Numbered from the stretch's first letter, positions 9,417 through 17,026 are shown. The stretch: 64,000 nucleotides of DNA from a virus (IMGVR_UViG_2671180073_000002:1356-65355), one strand, 5' to 3'. Numbers and translations: made by a program. The notes: generated by a model from the letters alone, not told the origin.

Positions 9417-10463
9417 TTATTTACCCTCCTGTGCTGGCGCCCAAGATGCTATTTCTACCTTCTGCTCATCTGTCAGCGTTTCCTTGGTTTGTATGGTCGC
9501 GATAAGGGCGTTCACAGCTTTCTTGCCGGACTGGATGACTGCTTTCCAGCCTTCTTTCCGCTTCTCGAAACTATCTGCGGTACATACAGGCTTTCCGCCG
9601 CCATTACCTGCCGGGGAATCTCCTTGCTCAGCCTTGTTCTGCATAACGCTCTGCCAACTTGCCTCTCCGTCCTTGATCGCGCCGTAGATGCCGCGGAGTG
9701 TCACGATCTGCGCAGGAGAGCATTTTTCCAGACCATGCCCCAGGTAACCGGTCAGGTCGGTAGCGGTCACGCCAATTGCCGCGAACGCATCAACGATCTT
9801 CCGGCGCTCTGCATCGGGGTCCTTGGCTGCATCATCCAGGCGAATGCGCTTGATGATTTCCTCTGCCTCGTCGCACAGATCGCCTGGGATAATGCGCAGC
9901 CCAATGGTGCGGATGGCTTTCGAAATCAGGGCGCCGCGCTTGTTGAGCAGGTCGTCATCGGTTCCGAGAATGGTGAACGTATCCTTGCCGTAGCTGTTCT
10001 TGCGTACGCTGATATACGAGCCGTCGCTGTTCGGCTTTGCGCGCTCGACGGTCTTGGAAACCCGTACGTCCAGCGGGTAGGTGATGTTTGCCTCAAGGTC
10101 GGTAACTGATACGCGGTGAACCTCTTTAACCTCATCCTCGAAGATCATGGTCGTTTCAACCAGAACGTTCTTCATGCAGCGAAGAGCGACCTCAACAAAG
10201 CGGATACCCAGCCCCTCCACACCGTTACCGATAGGCTTGATGTAGTAGGCGCTCTTGTTATTGGCAAACGAAGGTCGGCGGCATTCTTTGATGAGGTCTG
10301 TCCGCACCTGATCCCAATTGCGCGGGTTGCGCATAGCCATGATGTAACGTGATTCAATCATTGCCTTGGATTGAGCCGCCACAGCGGTTGATGCTGTCTC
10401 GACGACCGCCATTGTTTGACTTGTTCCGCCAAACTCCTGGCGGGTTGATAGGGCTGTGTTCAT
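9417..10463 (-). CDS. Putative single-strand annealing/recombination protein
   Basis: Position next to exonuclease and ssb; family not recognised. Confidence 0.5.
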   Translation of the reverse strand: MNTALSTRQEFGGTSQTMAVVETASTAVAAQSKAMIESRYIMAMRNPRNWDQVRTDLIKECRRPSFANNKSAYYIKPIGNGVEGLGIRFVEVALRCMKNVLVETTMIFEDEVKEVHRVSVTDLEANITYPLDVRVSKTVERAKPNSDGSYISVRKNSYGKDTFTILGTDDDLLNKRGALISKAIRTIGLRIIPGDLCDEAEEIIKRIRLDDAAKDPDAERRKIVDAFAAIGVTATDLTGYLGHGLEKCSPAQIVTLRGIYGAIKDGEASWQSVMQNKAEQGDSPAGNGGGKPVCTADSFEKRKEGWKAVIQSGKKAVNALIATIQTKETLTDEQKVEIASWAPAQEGK

Positions 10464-10490
10464 TGTTTTTCTCCTTGTTGTTTTATTCTG

Positions 10491-10673
10491 TTATTGCGGG
10501 ACTTCGACTCGCACATCAACCCGCGCAAGTTCCATCTTGAAAACCATCTCAGAGTTGGCGAGATCGGTAATCACGCCGACCATCTGCCCGTCATAAGGCA
10601 ACTCACTTTGAGCAAGAAGCGTCCGCGCCTTCTGCATCGCGTTTACCGCTTCGCTGATTTGTCTTGCATTCAT
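10491..10673 (-). CDS. Hypothetical protein
   Basis: AGGA RBS, early-left operon. Confidence 0.55.
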   Translation of the reverse strand: MNARQISEAVNAMQKARTLLAQSELPYDGQMVGVITDLANSEMVFKMELARVDVRVEVPQ

Positions 10674-10688
10674 GACTGTTCCTCTAAT

Positions 10689-10961
10689 TTAATGTCTGTT
10701 CTTTGTGTGCGCGTCGGCGACTTGCCCGGAAATGCGAGTGATTTCGTTCATAACCGCATCAGCCCCATCCTGGTCTAAAGCCGCATACATACTCCCGGCA
10801 GGCGCTGCAAGCAGAGCGGCATAAAAAATTACGCTCAATTCGGGACCCATTGCGCAACTGAGCGGATTAAGGACGTCACAGGAAAGTTGCTTGCCCAGTT
10901 CGTGGCCGAGCTTGAATACGTCCTGCTCATTTTTTAAGTCGTAATTCTCAAGACTAATCAC
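10689..10961 (-). CDS. Hypothetical protein
   Basis: Coupled ORF. Confidence 0.55.
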   Translation of the reverse strand: MISLENYDLKNEQDVFKLGHELGKQLSCDVLNPLSCAMGPELSVIFYAALLAAPAGSMYAALDQDGADAVMNEITRISGQVADAHTKNRH

Positions 10962-11293
10962 TCGTTCGCCTCCTTAAATTTGCCCGCAGCCAAATCAATC
11001 GCGTCCCTGAAAGACGCATCAATCGTGCGTTGACCGTCGCAGATAATCACGTGATGGCCTATCGTTGTTTTGGTCGGCTCAACGTACTCGTACTCATCGC
11101 AATACTCGCCGAACCAGTCGAGCCGCTGCGTATCCGTCATTTCAAGCGGAGCGGGGCGCTTTTCTACCAACTCGAACCGGCTGCGCTGCGATAGAATCGT
11201 TTCATCGCTGGCCTCTGCCGCCCTCGTGTGCCAGTTGAGGGCTTCTAGAGCGCTCACGATTGAGCCGGCTCTGATGAGGAACCTGCATTCCAA
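10958..11293 (-). CDS. Hypothetical protein (start uncertain)
   Basis: TDTQRLDW...FRDAIDLA motif typical of phage early genes. Confidence 0.55.
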   Translation of the reverse strand: MECRFLIRAGSIVSALEALNWHTRAAEASDETILSQRSRFELVEKRPAPLEMTDTQRLDWFGEYCDEYEYVEPTKTTIGHHVIICDGQRTIDASFRDAIDLAAGKFKEANE

Positions 11294-11472
11294 CGACGCG
11301 CCACTTCTTCAGCCAACTTTGAAGATTCGTAGCTTTCTCCAAAATGGATTGACTTGTCGCCGATGGTGAGAACCGCGCCCCCGCCATAGCCATATCCGTC
11401 GCCGCTGCCTACGGGCAAGAAGCCGACCACAGCCACGGCCTTTTTCATCTTTTTTTCCTTTTCAGTTTCCAT
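11254..11472 (-). CDS. Hypothetical protein
   Basis: AGGAGG RBS before ATG 11472; ARRWN motif. Confidence 0.55.
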   Translation of the reverse strand: METEKEKKMKKAVAVVGFLPVGSGDGYGYGGGAVLTIGDKSIHFGESYESSKLAEEVARRWNAGSSSEPAQS

Positions 11473-11496
11473 CTTCCCCTCCTGTAGTAACTGGTA

Positions 11497-11612
11497 GAGT
11501 GTGGCCGGCACTGACTTCTTCCGGCTTGTCGGCGTTACAAGGTACGGTTGCGACCCGTTTGTCCTATCCGACCGAGGTTCCTTCTGTCCCATCAGCCTGG
11601 GCATTCACACTC
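11497..11612 (-). ncRNA. Structured RNA resembling the Proteo-phage-1 motif
   Basis: Outer stem GAGTGTG/CACACTC; GAATGCCCAGGCTGATGGG hairpin; GCCGG..CCGGC hairpin whose loop TCAGT can pair with GCTGA; family name from recall. Confidence 0.6.
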
Positions 11613-11719
11613 TTCGGGAACGACTCTCAGGGTTCCAACAGCGATGCCTGGTAGTTGGATGTACCAGGTAGCAATGCAACGCCACCTGAAAGCCGCTTCC
11701 GAAGAAGCCTGTTTCCAGG

Positions 11720-12037
11720 CTAATCTTCCCAAGTATCCCGATCCTGATTCGCTGCGACCGCTCCGAACAAGAGCCCTGTGGCAACCGATAGCGCGAACCA
11801 TGTTCCAACGAAAAACAGTGATTCAATCAGCATGATTTTTTCCTGTTTATTTCTTAACGCAAGAATGCTTGCTCTAACTCGGTCCAGCACATCCGCGCCA
11901 GCAAGCTCCAACTTGATCTGCTTCGCCACCTGCTCGCAGACCGCTCTACTCTCGAAGTCATGAGTCATTACGCTCACAGCCTTGACTCCACCTTGAAGGT
12001 GAATGGTTGTAATTACAGCAATCAGAATCCAACTCAC
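11720..12037 (-). CDS. Membrane protein
   Basis: TAAGGAG RBS before GTG 12037; hydrophobic N- and C-terminal segments. Confidence 0.5.
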   Translation of the reverse strand: MSWILIAVITTIHLQGGVKAVSVMTHDFESRAVCEQVAKQIKLELAGADVLDRVRASILALRNKQEKIMLIESLFFVGTWFALSVATGLLFGAVAANQDRDTWED

Positions 12038-12055
12038 GGCTATCTCCTTATTCGT

Positions 12056-12075
12056 TGCCGTCTCTCCGGCTGTCA
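12056..12075 (-). repeat. TGACAGCCGGAGAGACGGCA hairpin motif, copy 1
   Basis: Near-identical to 12372-12393. Confidence 0.7.
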
Positions 12076-12183
12076 CGCATTCCGATGGCGGCCCAAACGT
12101 GGGTTTTCGGCAGCGTTTACCTGATTCCTGTCGGCCATCCGTCCGCAGTTATAGGGGTCATGCGGCAAAGCTTCGTAGCCCTA

Positions 12184-12231
12184 GCTCCTACGCTTTCGCG
12201 TTTCGATGCATTTCAGCATCTCATCAGGGGC
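12184..12231 (-). ncRNA. Type I hammerhead ribozyme core
   Basis: CUGAUGA-GAUGC(UGAAAU)GCAUC-GAAAC-GC(GAAA)GC-GUA; stem I short and bulged. Confidence 0.65.
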
Positions 12232-12371
12232 GCCGGATTCTTTCCGTCCGGCGTAAGTCATGCATTGGTTGCAACCCGGAGCGATTGGTAGACATTTATA
12301 GGGACCGTCTTGAACCGCCGCAAAACCATCCAGTCCCGGTAAACACACTCTAAAAATGCCCTTACCGGGGC

Positions 12372-12393
12372 TGCCTGTCTTTCCAGGCTGTCA
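12372..12393 (-). repeat. TGACAGCCTGGAAAGACAGGCA hairpin motif, copy 2
   Basis: Same motif as copy 1 with one extra T-A pair. Confidence 0.7.
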
Positions 12394-12471
12394 GCGGCTC
12401 TAATTTTCTCCGCACGCCACCGCAGTTAAGGATTGCGGCTCCTGGGACAGAAATGGGTTGAATAACGCCCC

Positions 12472-12681
12472 TTATTCCTTGCTTTGCTCATCAGTACCGG
12501 AAGCAACACTATCCGGCCACAGATGACCTTCTATTCCGCACAGTGCCTTTGCATATTCAAGGAGATCAGAGGAGGGAACTCTTGTGAGCGGCATGTCATC
12601 CCGGTAGATGACAACCTCGGTTCCTTCCTGCACGAACTGAGTTCCTTTACCTGCAACAAAATTAACAGGAGCGATATTCAT
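12472..12681 (-). CDS. Hypothetical early protein
   Basis: AAGG RBS; in the pL transcript. Confidence 0.45.
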   Translation of the reverse strand: MNIAPVNFVAGKGTQFVQEGTEVVIYRDDMPLTRVPSSDLLEYAKALCGIEGHLWPDSVASGTDEQSKE

Positions 12682-12874
12682 GTATTTTTACCTTTTCAAA
12701 AGTGACAAAAACAGTCAGTGGTACTGGAGGCTCAACGCTGATAACCATAAAACTATTGCTGATGGATCAGAGGGTTACCACAACAAACAAGACGCTTTGC
12801 ATGGCATCAACCTGGTTAAGTCGCTTGCGTCCACATCACCTATTCTCGATAGCTCGCTGAAAAGTTGGGTGTAA
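12680..12874 (+). CDS. YegP/DUF1508 family protein
   Basis: QWYWRLNADNHKTIADGSEGYHNKQDALHGI; AGGAG RBS; own terminator. Confidence 0.85.
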   Translation: MYFYLFKSDKNSQWYWRLNADNHKTIADGSEGYHNKQDALHGINLVKSLASTSPILDSSLKSWV

Positions 12875-12897
12875 GCAAGCTCCGCCTTCTGTTCCTC

Positions 12898-12917
12898 ACC
12901 CGCTTCGGCGGGTTTTT
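12898..12917 (+). terminator. Intrinsic terminator after the YegP-like gene
   Basis: ACCCGC-TTCG-GCGGGT followed by a T run. Confidence 0.85.
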
Positions 12918-12990
12918 CATTTCTGCTACAACCTTCCCGCGCTTGACGACTCATGGAAGGCAATTCGTTTTGTTCGTGAGGCATGGGAGA

Positions 12991-13056
12991 ATCTTAGCAA
13001 ACTAAGATACATGAGTCAAGAGAAATATTAGTGCACTAAGATCATTCTGCTACAAT
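12991..13056. promoter_or_regulatory. pL promoter with operators OL1/OL2, plus a divergent extended -10 promoter
   Basis: Minus strand TTGACT-17-TAAGAT; operators ATCTTAGCAAACTAAGAT (12991-13008) and ATATTAGTGCACTAAGAT (13025-13042); plus strand TGcTACAAT. Confidence 0.85.
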
Positions 13057-13087
13057 AGTCCCATGATGTTTAGAAGGGGCTTATGGG

Positions 13088-13384
13088 ATGGATCAGGAAA
13101 TTGCCGAGGACAAGCAGATGCAGAAACAGGCAGTTCGATTAGTTATGATCGAATGGAAAGACAGTAGACGAGTGATTGATGGCTGGTCCGGGTTGGCCGA
13201 GATAGGAAAACAGAACTGCTGCGATTGTGTGTCAGTCGGATTTTTGATCCAGGATGACGAAAACGTGAAGGTGCTCGTGGCGAATGTCGCGGACGTGGAG
13301 TTCGATATGCAGGCGACAGCGGGAATCGTAATACCCACTGGCGCCGTTACTGCTATAAAGCCCCTGGTTGAGCGCTTAACTTAA
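13088..13384 (+). CDS. Hypothetical protein
   Basis: LVMIEWKDS...CVSVGFL...IPxGAV pattern; follows the divergent promoter. Confidence 0.7.
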   Translation: MDQEIAEDKQMQKQAVRLVMIEWKDSRRVIDGWSGLAEIGKQNCCDCVSVGFLIQDDENVKVLVANVADVEFDMQATAGIVIPTGAVTAIKPLVERLT

Positions 13385-13412
13385 TTGAGGTGAAATATGG
13401 AAAACAATGTAA

Positions 13413-13649
13413 TTATTGAGTGGCTTGAAGGCGCGCCAGTGACGCCTGAATGCTTGAAATCACTTTCTGGGCAATTTCGGGATGAATCGAAAACATCATT
13501 GGAGTTGGTATGGGTAGAGCCTCCACAGTCGTTGCTACCGATAACTGAAGAAGCACGCAGCCTTTCTCAAAATCAACTGCGCCACGGCTAGTCACAACAT
13601 ATAGCAAATCATCGCTATTTATCTTTTCATACGTTACATTCTGAGACAT
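13413..13649 (-). CDS. Hypothetical protein
   Basis: AGGGAA RBS; antisense to ORF 13397..13591. Confidence 0.45.
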   Translation of the reverse strand: MSQNVTYEKINSDDLLYVVTSRGAVDFEKGCVLLQLSVATTVEALPIPTPMMFSIHPEIAQKVISSIQASLARLQATQ

Positions 13650-13784
13650 TTTGATTCCCTCGTTCGTGAAGTTGTAATGCGGAATGGCCGCTCACCTGCC
13701 TACCAGGTGTGGCCGCTTCCCATATTACAAATTAAGGGAAATCATGATATTGGACTAACGTACACCAGAACTTGAGTGGGGGTA

Positions 13785-14018
13785 TTAATTCCTCTTTCCG
13801 GTCCTGGCATTCGAATGATTACCCGGCGCTATCGTGCGCTTCCGGTTCTCCGTAGCAACATGCAGCAAATGCAGTTCTCGTCGCGCCATTTCGGTGAGCC
13901 TCAGCAACTCGTCCGTTTTAACCTTTAATTCAGATCGCTTTCCGACAGTCGGCAGCTCGCGCACTATCTTGTCGATAGCGTCCAAGTTGGCAAGGAGGCG
14001 GGTTGTTGATTCGTCCAT
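13785..14018 (-). CDS. Hypothetical protein
   Basis: Follows the nuclease in the cI operon. Confidence 0.45.
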   Translation of the reverse strand: MDESTTRLLANLDAIDKIVRELPTVGKRSELKVKTDELLRLTEMARRELHLLHVATENRKRTIAPGNHSNARTGKRN

Positions 14019-14027
14019 AGCGGCAGG

Positions 14028-14477
14028 TTAAACGTACTGCACTACTCGAGATAAAGTATGACGTCTCATTTTTCGGAATTCCCATGGTGGGATAGGGGAG
14101 GGCTCGGACCATAAACCGCGCTTTTCTACCTTTGCGCCATGCTCCAGAACATATAGATCGTGATCCTTGGCGTATTGCCGATATACCCAGGCCATACCTC
14201 GGCTGACCTGCTCAGCGTTGGCGTCAACGCCATCACACTTGATCCGGGCAACCGTTCGTTTATACCGATCTTTTGCTTGAGGCTTCACCTCTGCCTGTTT
14301 GCCGAAGCAAAGATCAGAAAGTGATTGCTTGGAGCGTGTGCCAAACGCCTGACGTTTCTCGGGTGCGTCAATCTCAGCGAGGCGGATCTTGATCTGCTGT
14401 TTATCCGGAGTCAAAACGGTGAGCGTATCACCATCGGAAATGCCGATTACGGTAGCGAGGAAGGCGGCAAGGAGCAC
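14028..14477 (-). CDS. Thermonuclease (SNase-like)
   Basis: SDGDT, IRLAEIDAPE, DRYKR, RGLW, PPWEFR. Confidence 0.93.
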   Translation of the reverse strand: MLLAAFLATVIGISDGDTLTVLTPDKQQIKIRLAEIDAPEKRQAFGTRSKQSLSDLCFGKQAEVKPQAKDRYKRTVARIKCDGVDANAEQVSRGMAWVYRQYAKDHDLYVLEHGAKVEKRGLWSEPSPIPPWEFRKMRRHTLSRVVQYV

Positions 14478-14483
14478 AGTGGC

Positions 14484-15197
14484 TCACTTCTGAGAAGGTT
14501 TATCGAGTTCTCCATGAAACTCGACATAACCAGGAAGCTCGCTTGATGGAGTGGTCGCCTCCGGCATTATTGCTCGAACCCGACGCACAACCTCTTTAAA
14601 GCGGGCATCATAGGATTTTTCAATCCATTTCGGGTTATTCCGCAAGATTTCGTCCTGTCTTAGAGCCTCATCCCATGCACCAGGATCGTTTGCCTCCCAA
14701 TGAGTAATGTAGTGGTTGCGGTTTTTTGCTTGAGCAACCTGTTCTTCGACGCTTGGTTTAGTTTGAGAATTGGTCTTTGTTGTTTTCTTCCCGCACACCG
14801 CGTGGAATACGCTTTCTCCTACAGAGCCTGGCATTATTGCGGACTTGCCTTCGCTTTCGCTTTTGGGTGTGGCGCGGTCTGCAACCTTTCCTTTGCCGTC
14901 TGTTTCTGAATAAAAAACCAGTTCTTTAAGGATGCTCGTCCTTTTTGGGCAGTCTATTATCGATAGTGATTTCGTCGAGAAATACGTGATTCCAATCGCA
15001 TTCTTCTGGATGTTGGCATAATTTATCAGTTGCCAAAACTCAAAACGATTTTTTTCCTTGATCATGGATGGTTCGTGTACAAAATACATATCGTCATCAT
15101 AGGAACTCGTTATGTAGATCCATTCCGATGATGGATTGCTCGACGCAGAATGCGGCCACATCATAAATATGACGAGGGCTGCCGCCACTTTTAACAT
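14484..15197 (-). CDS. Exported protein: signal peptide + surface-adhesin-E-like domain + copy of a scaffold-protein segment
   Basis: MLKVAAALVIFMMWPHSASS signal; W...IDC...PGS...VC domain; C-terminal 66 aa match the scaffold protein. Confidence 0.8.
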   Translation of the reverse strand: MLKVAAALVIFMMWPHSASSNPSSEWIYITSSYDDDMYFVHEPSMIKEKNRFEFWQLINYANIQKNAIGITYFSTKSLSIIDCPKRTSILKELVFYSETDGKGKVADRATPKSESEGKSAIMPGSVGESVFHAVCGKKTTKTNSQTKPSVEEQVAQAKNRNHYITHWEANDPGAWDEALRQDEILRNNPKWIEKSYDARFKEVVRRVRAIMPEATTPSSELPGYVEFHGELDKPSQK

Positions 15198-15231
15198 TTT
15201 TCCCTCTCTTAACGGTGAAACAATTGATAGT

Positions 15232-15492
15232 CTAGTCATTAATCGGAGACTTGCTGATTATTTGCCGCAGCAGTTTTGCCACGAGCACCAGAAGCATCCC
15301 GACTGCGAAGGTCGCATTCCTATGCAACTCTCCGGCAGTATTCGTAACGTAACTTCGTCTCGGTTTTTTATACATGGCAGCAAAGGCAATGCCTATTAGC
15401 TTCCCCATTTTTGCATCATTCAGCAGGTCCTGAAGAGCTTCGACGGTGCTATGGGATATGGTGTCGTCGGTGAGTACAAACGGGGGTTTCAT
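15232..15492 (-). CDS. Hypothetical protein coupled to cI; paralogue of 48858..49151
   Basis: ATGA overlap with cI stop; shared LLxxAxxGxxIGxA...GM...AKLL pattern. Confidence 0.7.
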   Translation of the reverse strand: MKPPFVLTDDTISHSTVEALQDLLNDAKMGKLIGIAFAAMYKKPRRSYVTNTAGELHRNATFAVGMLLVLVAKLLRQIISKSPIND

Positions 15493-16004
15493 AAGTCATT
15501 CTTCCTTCTGCGTTGATTCTCCATATCGGAGACGTGCTGATAATCGGATGGCCCGTCGTAATCTATTTCCCCTTTTCTCCTGGCCGGCGCTTTATCTTTC
15601 GGGTTTCTATTTTTATTTTGTTTCGATTTTATTGGTTGGGTTTCGTCTGTATCAGCTGAGTTTTCAGTAGGGGTTATCCCGGATTTCTTCATTAAGAAAA
15701 CGCATAGATCTGAAACATGTTTCAGATCATCTTCTTGCAGCGAATACATTGCTTCCGAGATCTGATTCATGAGCTTCTCGCTTTCAGAAAGAGCGTGATC
15801 TCCGGTTCCTTTCGACAGCCATTCAGGGCGAACGCCCAGTATCCTGGCCGCACACAAAAGGTTCTTTCCTTTTATCTCTGTTTCCGGGTTATTAAACCAA
15901 TGTGAGATAGCTCCGGACGATAGACCGCACCCCTTCCATATATCTGTTTTCTTTTTGCCTGATTTATCCAAGGCAAACTTCAGGCGTTCGGCAAGCGTTT
16001 TCAT
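15489..16004 (-). CDS. cI: CI-like repressor (XRE HTH, no recognisable S24 peptidase domain)
   Basis: TLAERLK...LSSGAISHW...LGVRPEWLSKGTG; divergent from cro. Confidence 0.85.
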   Translation of the reverse strand: MKTLAERLKFALDKSGKKKTDIWKGCGLSSGAISHWFNNPETEIKGKNLLCAARILGVRPEWLSKGTGDHALSESEKLMNQISEAMYSLQEDDLKHVSDLCVFLMKKSGITPTENSADTDETQPIKSKQNKNRNPKDKAPARRKGEIDYDGPSDYQHVSDMENQRRRKNDL

Positions 16005-16067
16005 CTTAGTATAGTAAACAAAAAATATCTTAGTGCGCTTGCATCATGATTCTTAGTGTGCTAAGAT
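16003..16067. promoter_or_regulatory. OR3/OR2/OR1 operators with pR and pRM
   Basis: Three TCTTAG-based 18-mers (16003, 16027, 16050); pR TTGCAT-17-TAAGAT. Confidence 0.85.
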
Positions 16068-16073
16068 TTATCC

Positions 16074-16265
16074 ATGAACATTCCAGATAACGAAATCATT
16101 GATGCGCTCGGCGGCTCTTCCGCTGTTGCTGTTTTGTGCGAGGTCACTGTAGGCGCTGTGTCGCAGTGGAAGACTGATGGCATACCGAAGGCACGCCTAA
16201 TGTATCTCAAAGTCATCCGCCCAGACATCTTCCTCTCCCCCTCCAAATCAAAGGAGGTGGCGTGA
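16074..16265 (+). CDS. cro: Cro-like repressor
   Basis: IIDALGGSSAVAVLCEVTVGAVSQWKTDGIP. Confidence 0.88.
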   Translation: MNIPDNEIIDALGGSSAVAVLCEVTVGAVSQWKTDGIPKARLMYLKVIRPDIFLSPSKSKEVA

Positions 16266-16441
16266 ACGATAAAGAACGGGCAGCGCTAGAAACTGCGCGA
16301 TACGAACTCGTAACGCTTGATGGTCTGACTGCGGCAGATGGTGCTGCGCCAGATAAAACCTTTGTCATAAACACCAGAAAAAGTATTGCGCTGATTGACG
16401 AAGTGCTTAACGAATCCTCAGGGGCAAATAAACATCCTTGA
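16262..16441 (+). CDS. Small 59-aa protein (not in ORF track)
   Basis: GGAGGT RBS; GTGA overlap with cro stop. Confidence 0.5.
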   Translation: MNDKERAALETARYELVTLDGLTAADGAAPDKTFVINTRKSIALIDEVLNESSGANKHP

Positions 16442-16619
16442 TGTGCGCGGCGAAGTACTGACCTTTTGAATGGGATGCCATTAGACGAGCATGAATCGTA
16501 TCCGGAACGCCAGAGAAGCGATAAATGCCGCCATTGATGAATTCGATTTCGAGTTTTCTGGTTTTAGGATCATAGCCCACCGCACGAATGCTGGTGGATG
16601 AAACAAAAACTCTGTCCAT
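16407..16619 (-). CDS. KTSC domain protein
   Basis: VSSTSIRAVGYD...LEIEF.NGGIY...VP...SKGQYF. Confidence 0.9.
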   Translation of the reverse strand: MDRVFVSSTSIRAVGYDPKTRKLEIEFINGGIYRFSGVPDTIHARLMASHSKGQYFAAHIKDVYLPLRIR

Positions 16620-16768
16620 GGAGATTCCTTTTATGAAGTTTGATGTGGAACTCAAACTCTACCATAACCGGAATCTCCGCCCATTACCCGCCCGGCCGTT
16701 TCCCTCCCTCTTGTGCCGGACGGCTTTCCCTCTCCGCAATGGAGGGGGACTTTTTTAAGGATTGAAAC

Positions 16769-17026
16769 ATGGATGCCAAATTTGCACGATCCGGCAGAAC
16801 CTCGGTGAGAGGAAAGCGTGGCGAGCGTCTGGAGTTCCAGACAGACCCCGAAACCTTGGAAATCATCAGCCTTCTTGCTGTGCGAGCCGGTATGCCCCGG
16901 TCTGAATTTATCAATGAAATCATTACAGTATTTGCTCACGGCCAGCAGTCGATAGAGGAAGCATACATCAACAGAACGAGAATGATTGCCGGAAGAATCT
17001 CGGGACAAATTCGGGACGAACTATGA
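16769..17026 (+). CDS. CII-position DNA-binding protein (RHH-like)
   Basis: Position; GMPRSEFINEII pattern. Confidence 0.55.
   Translation: MDAKFARSGRTSVRGKRGERLEFQTDPETLEIISLLAVRAGMPRSEFINEIITVFAHGQQSIEEAYINRTRMIAGRISGQIRDEL

Noticed and set aside
10491-13649. Anti-CRISPR/aca locus among small early ORFs
   Set aside because: Plausible given the adjacent cas3, but I recognise no Acr or Aca sequence; it would need HMM searches.
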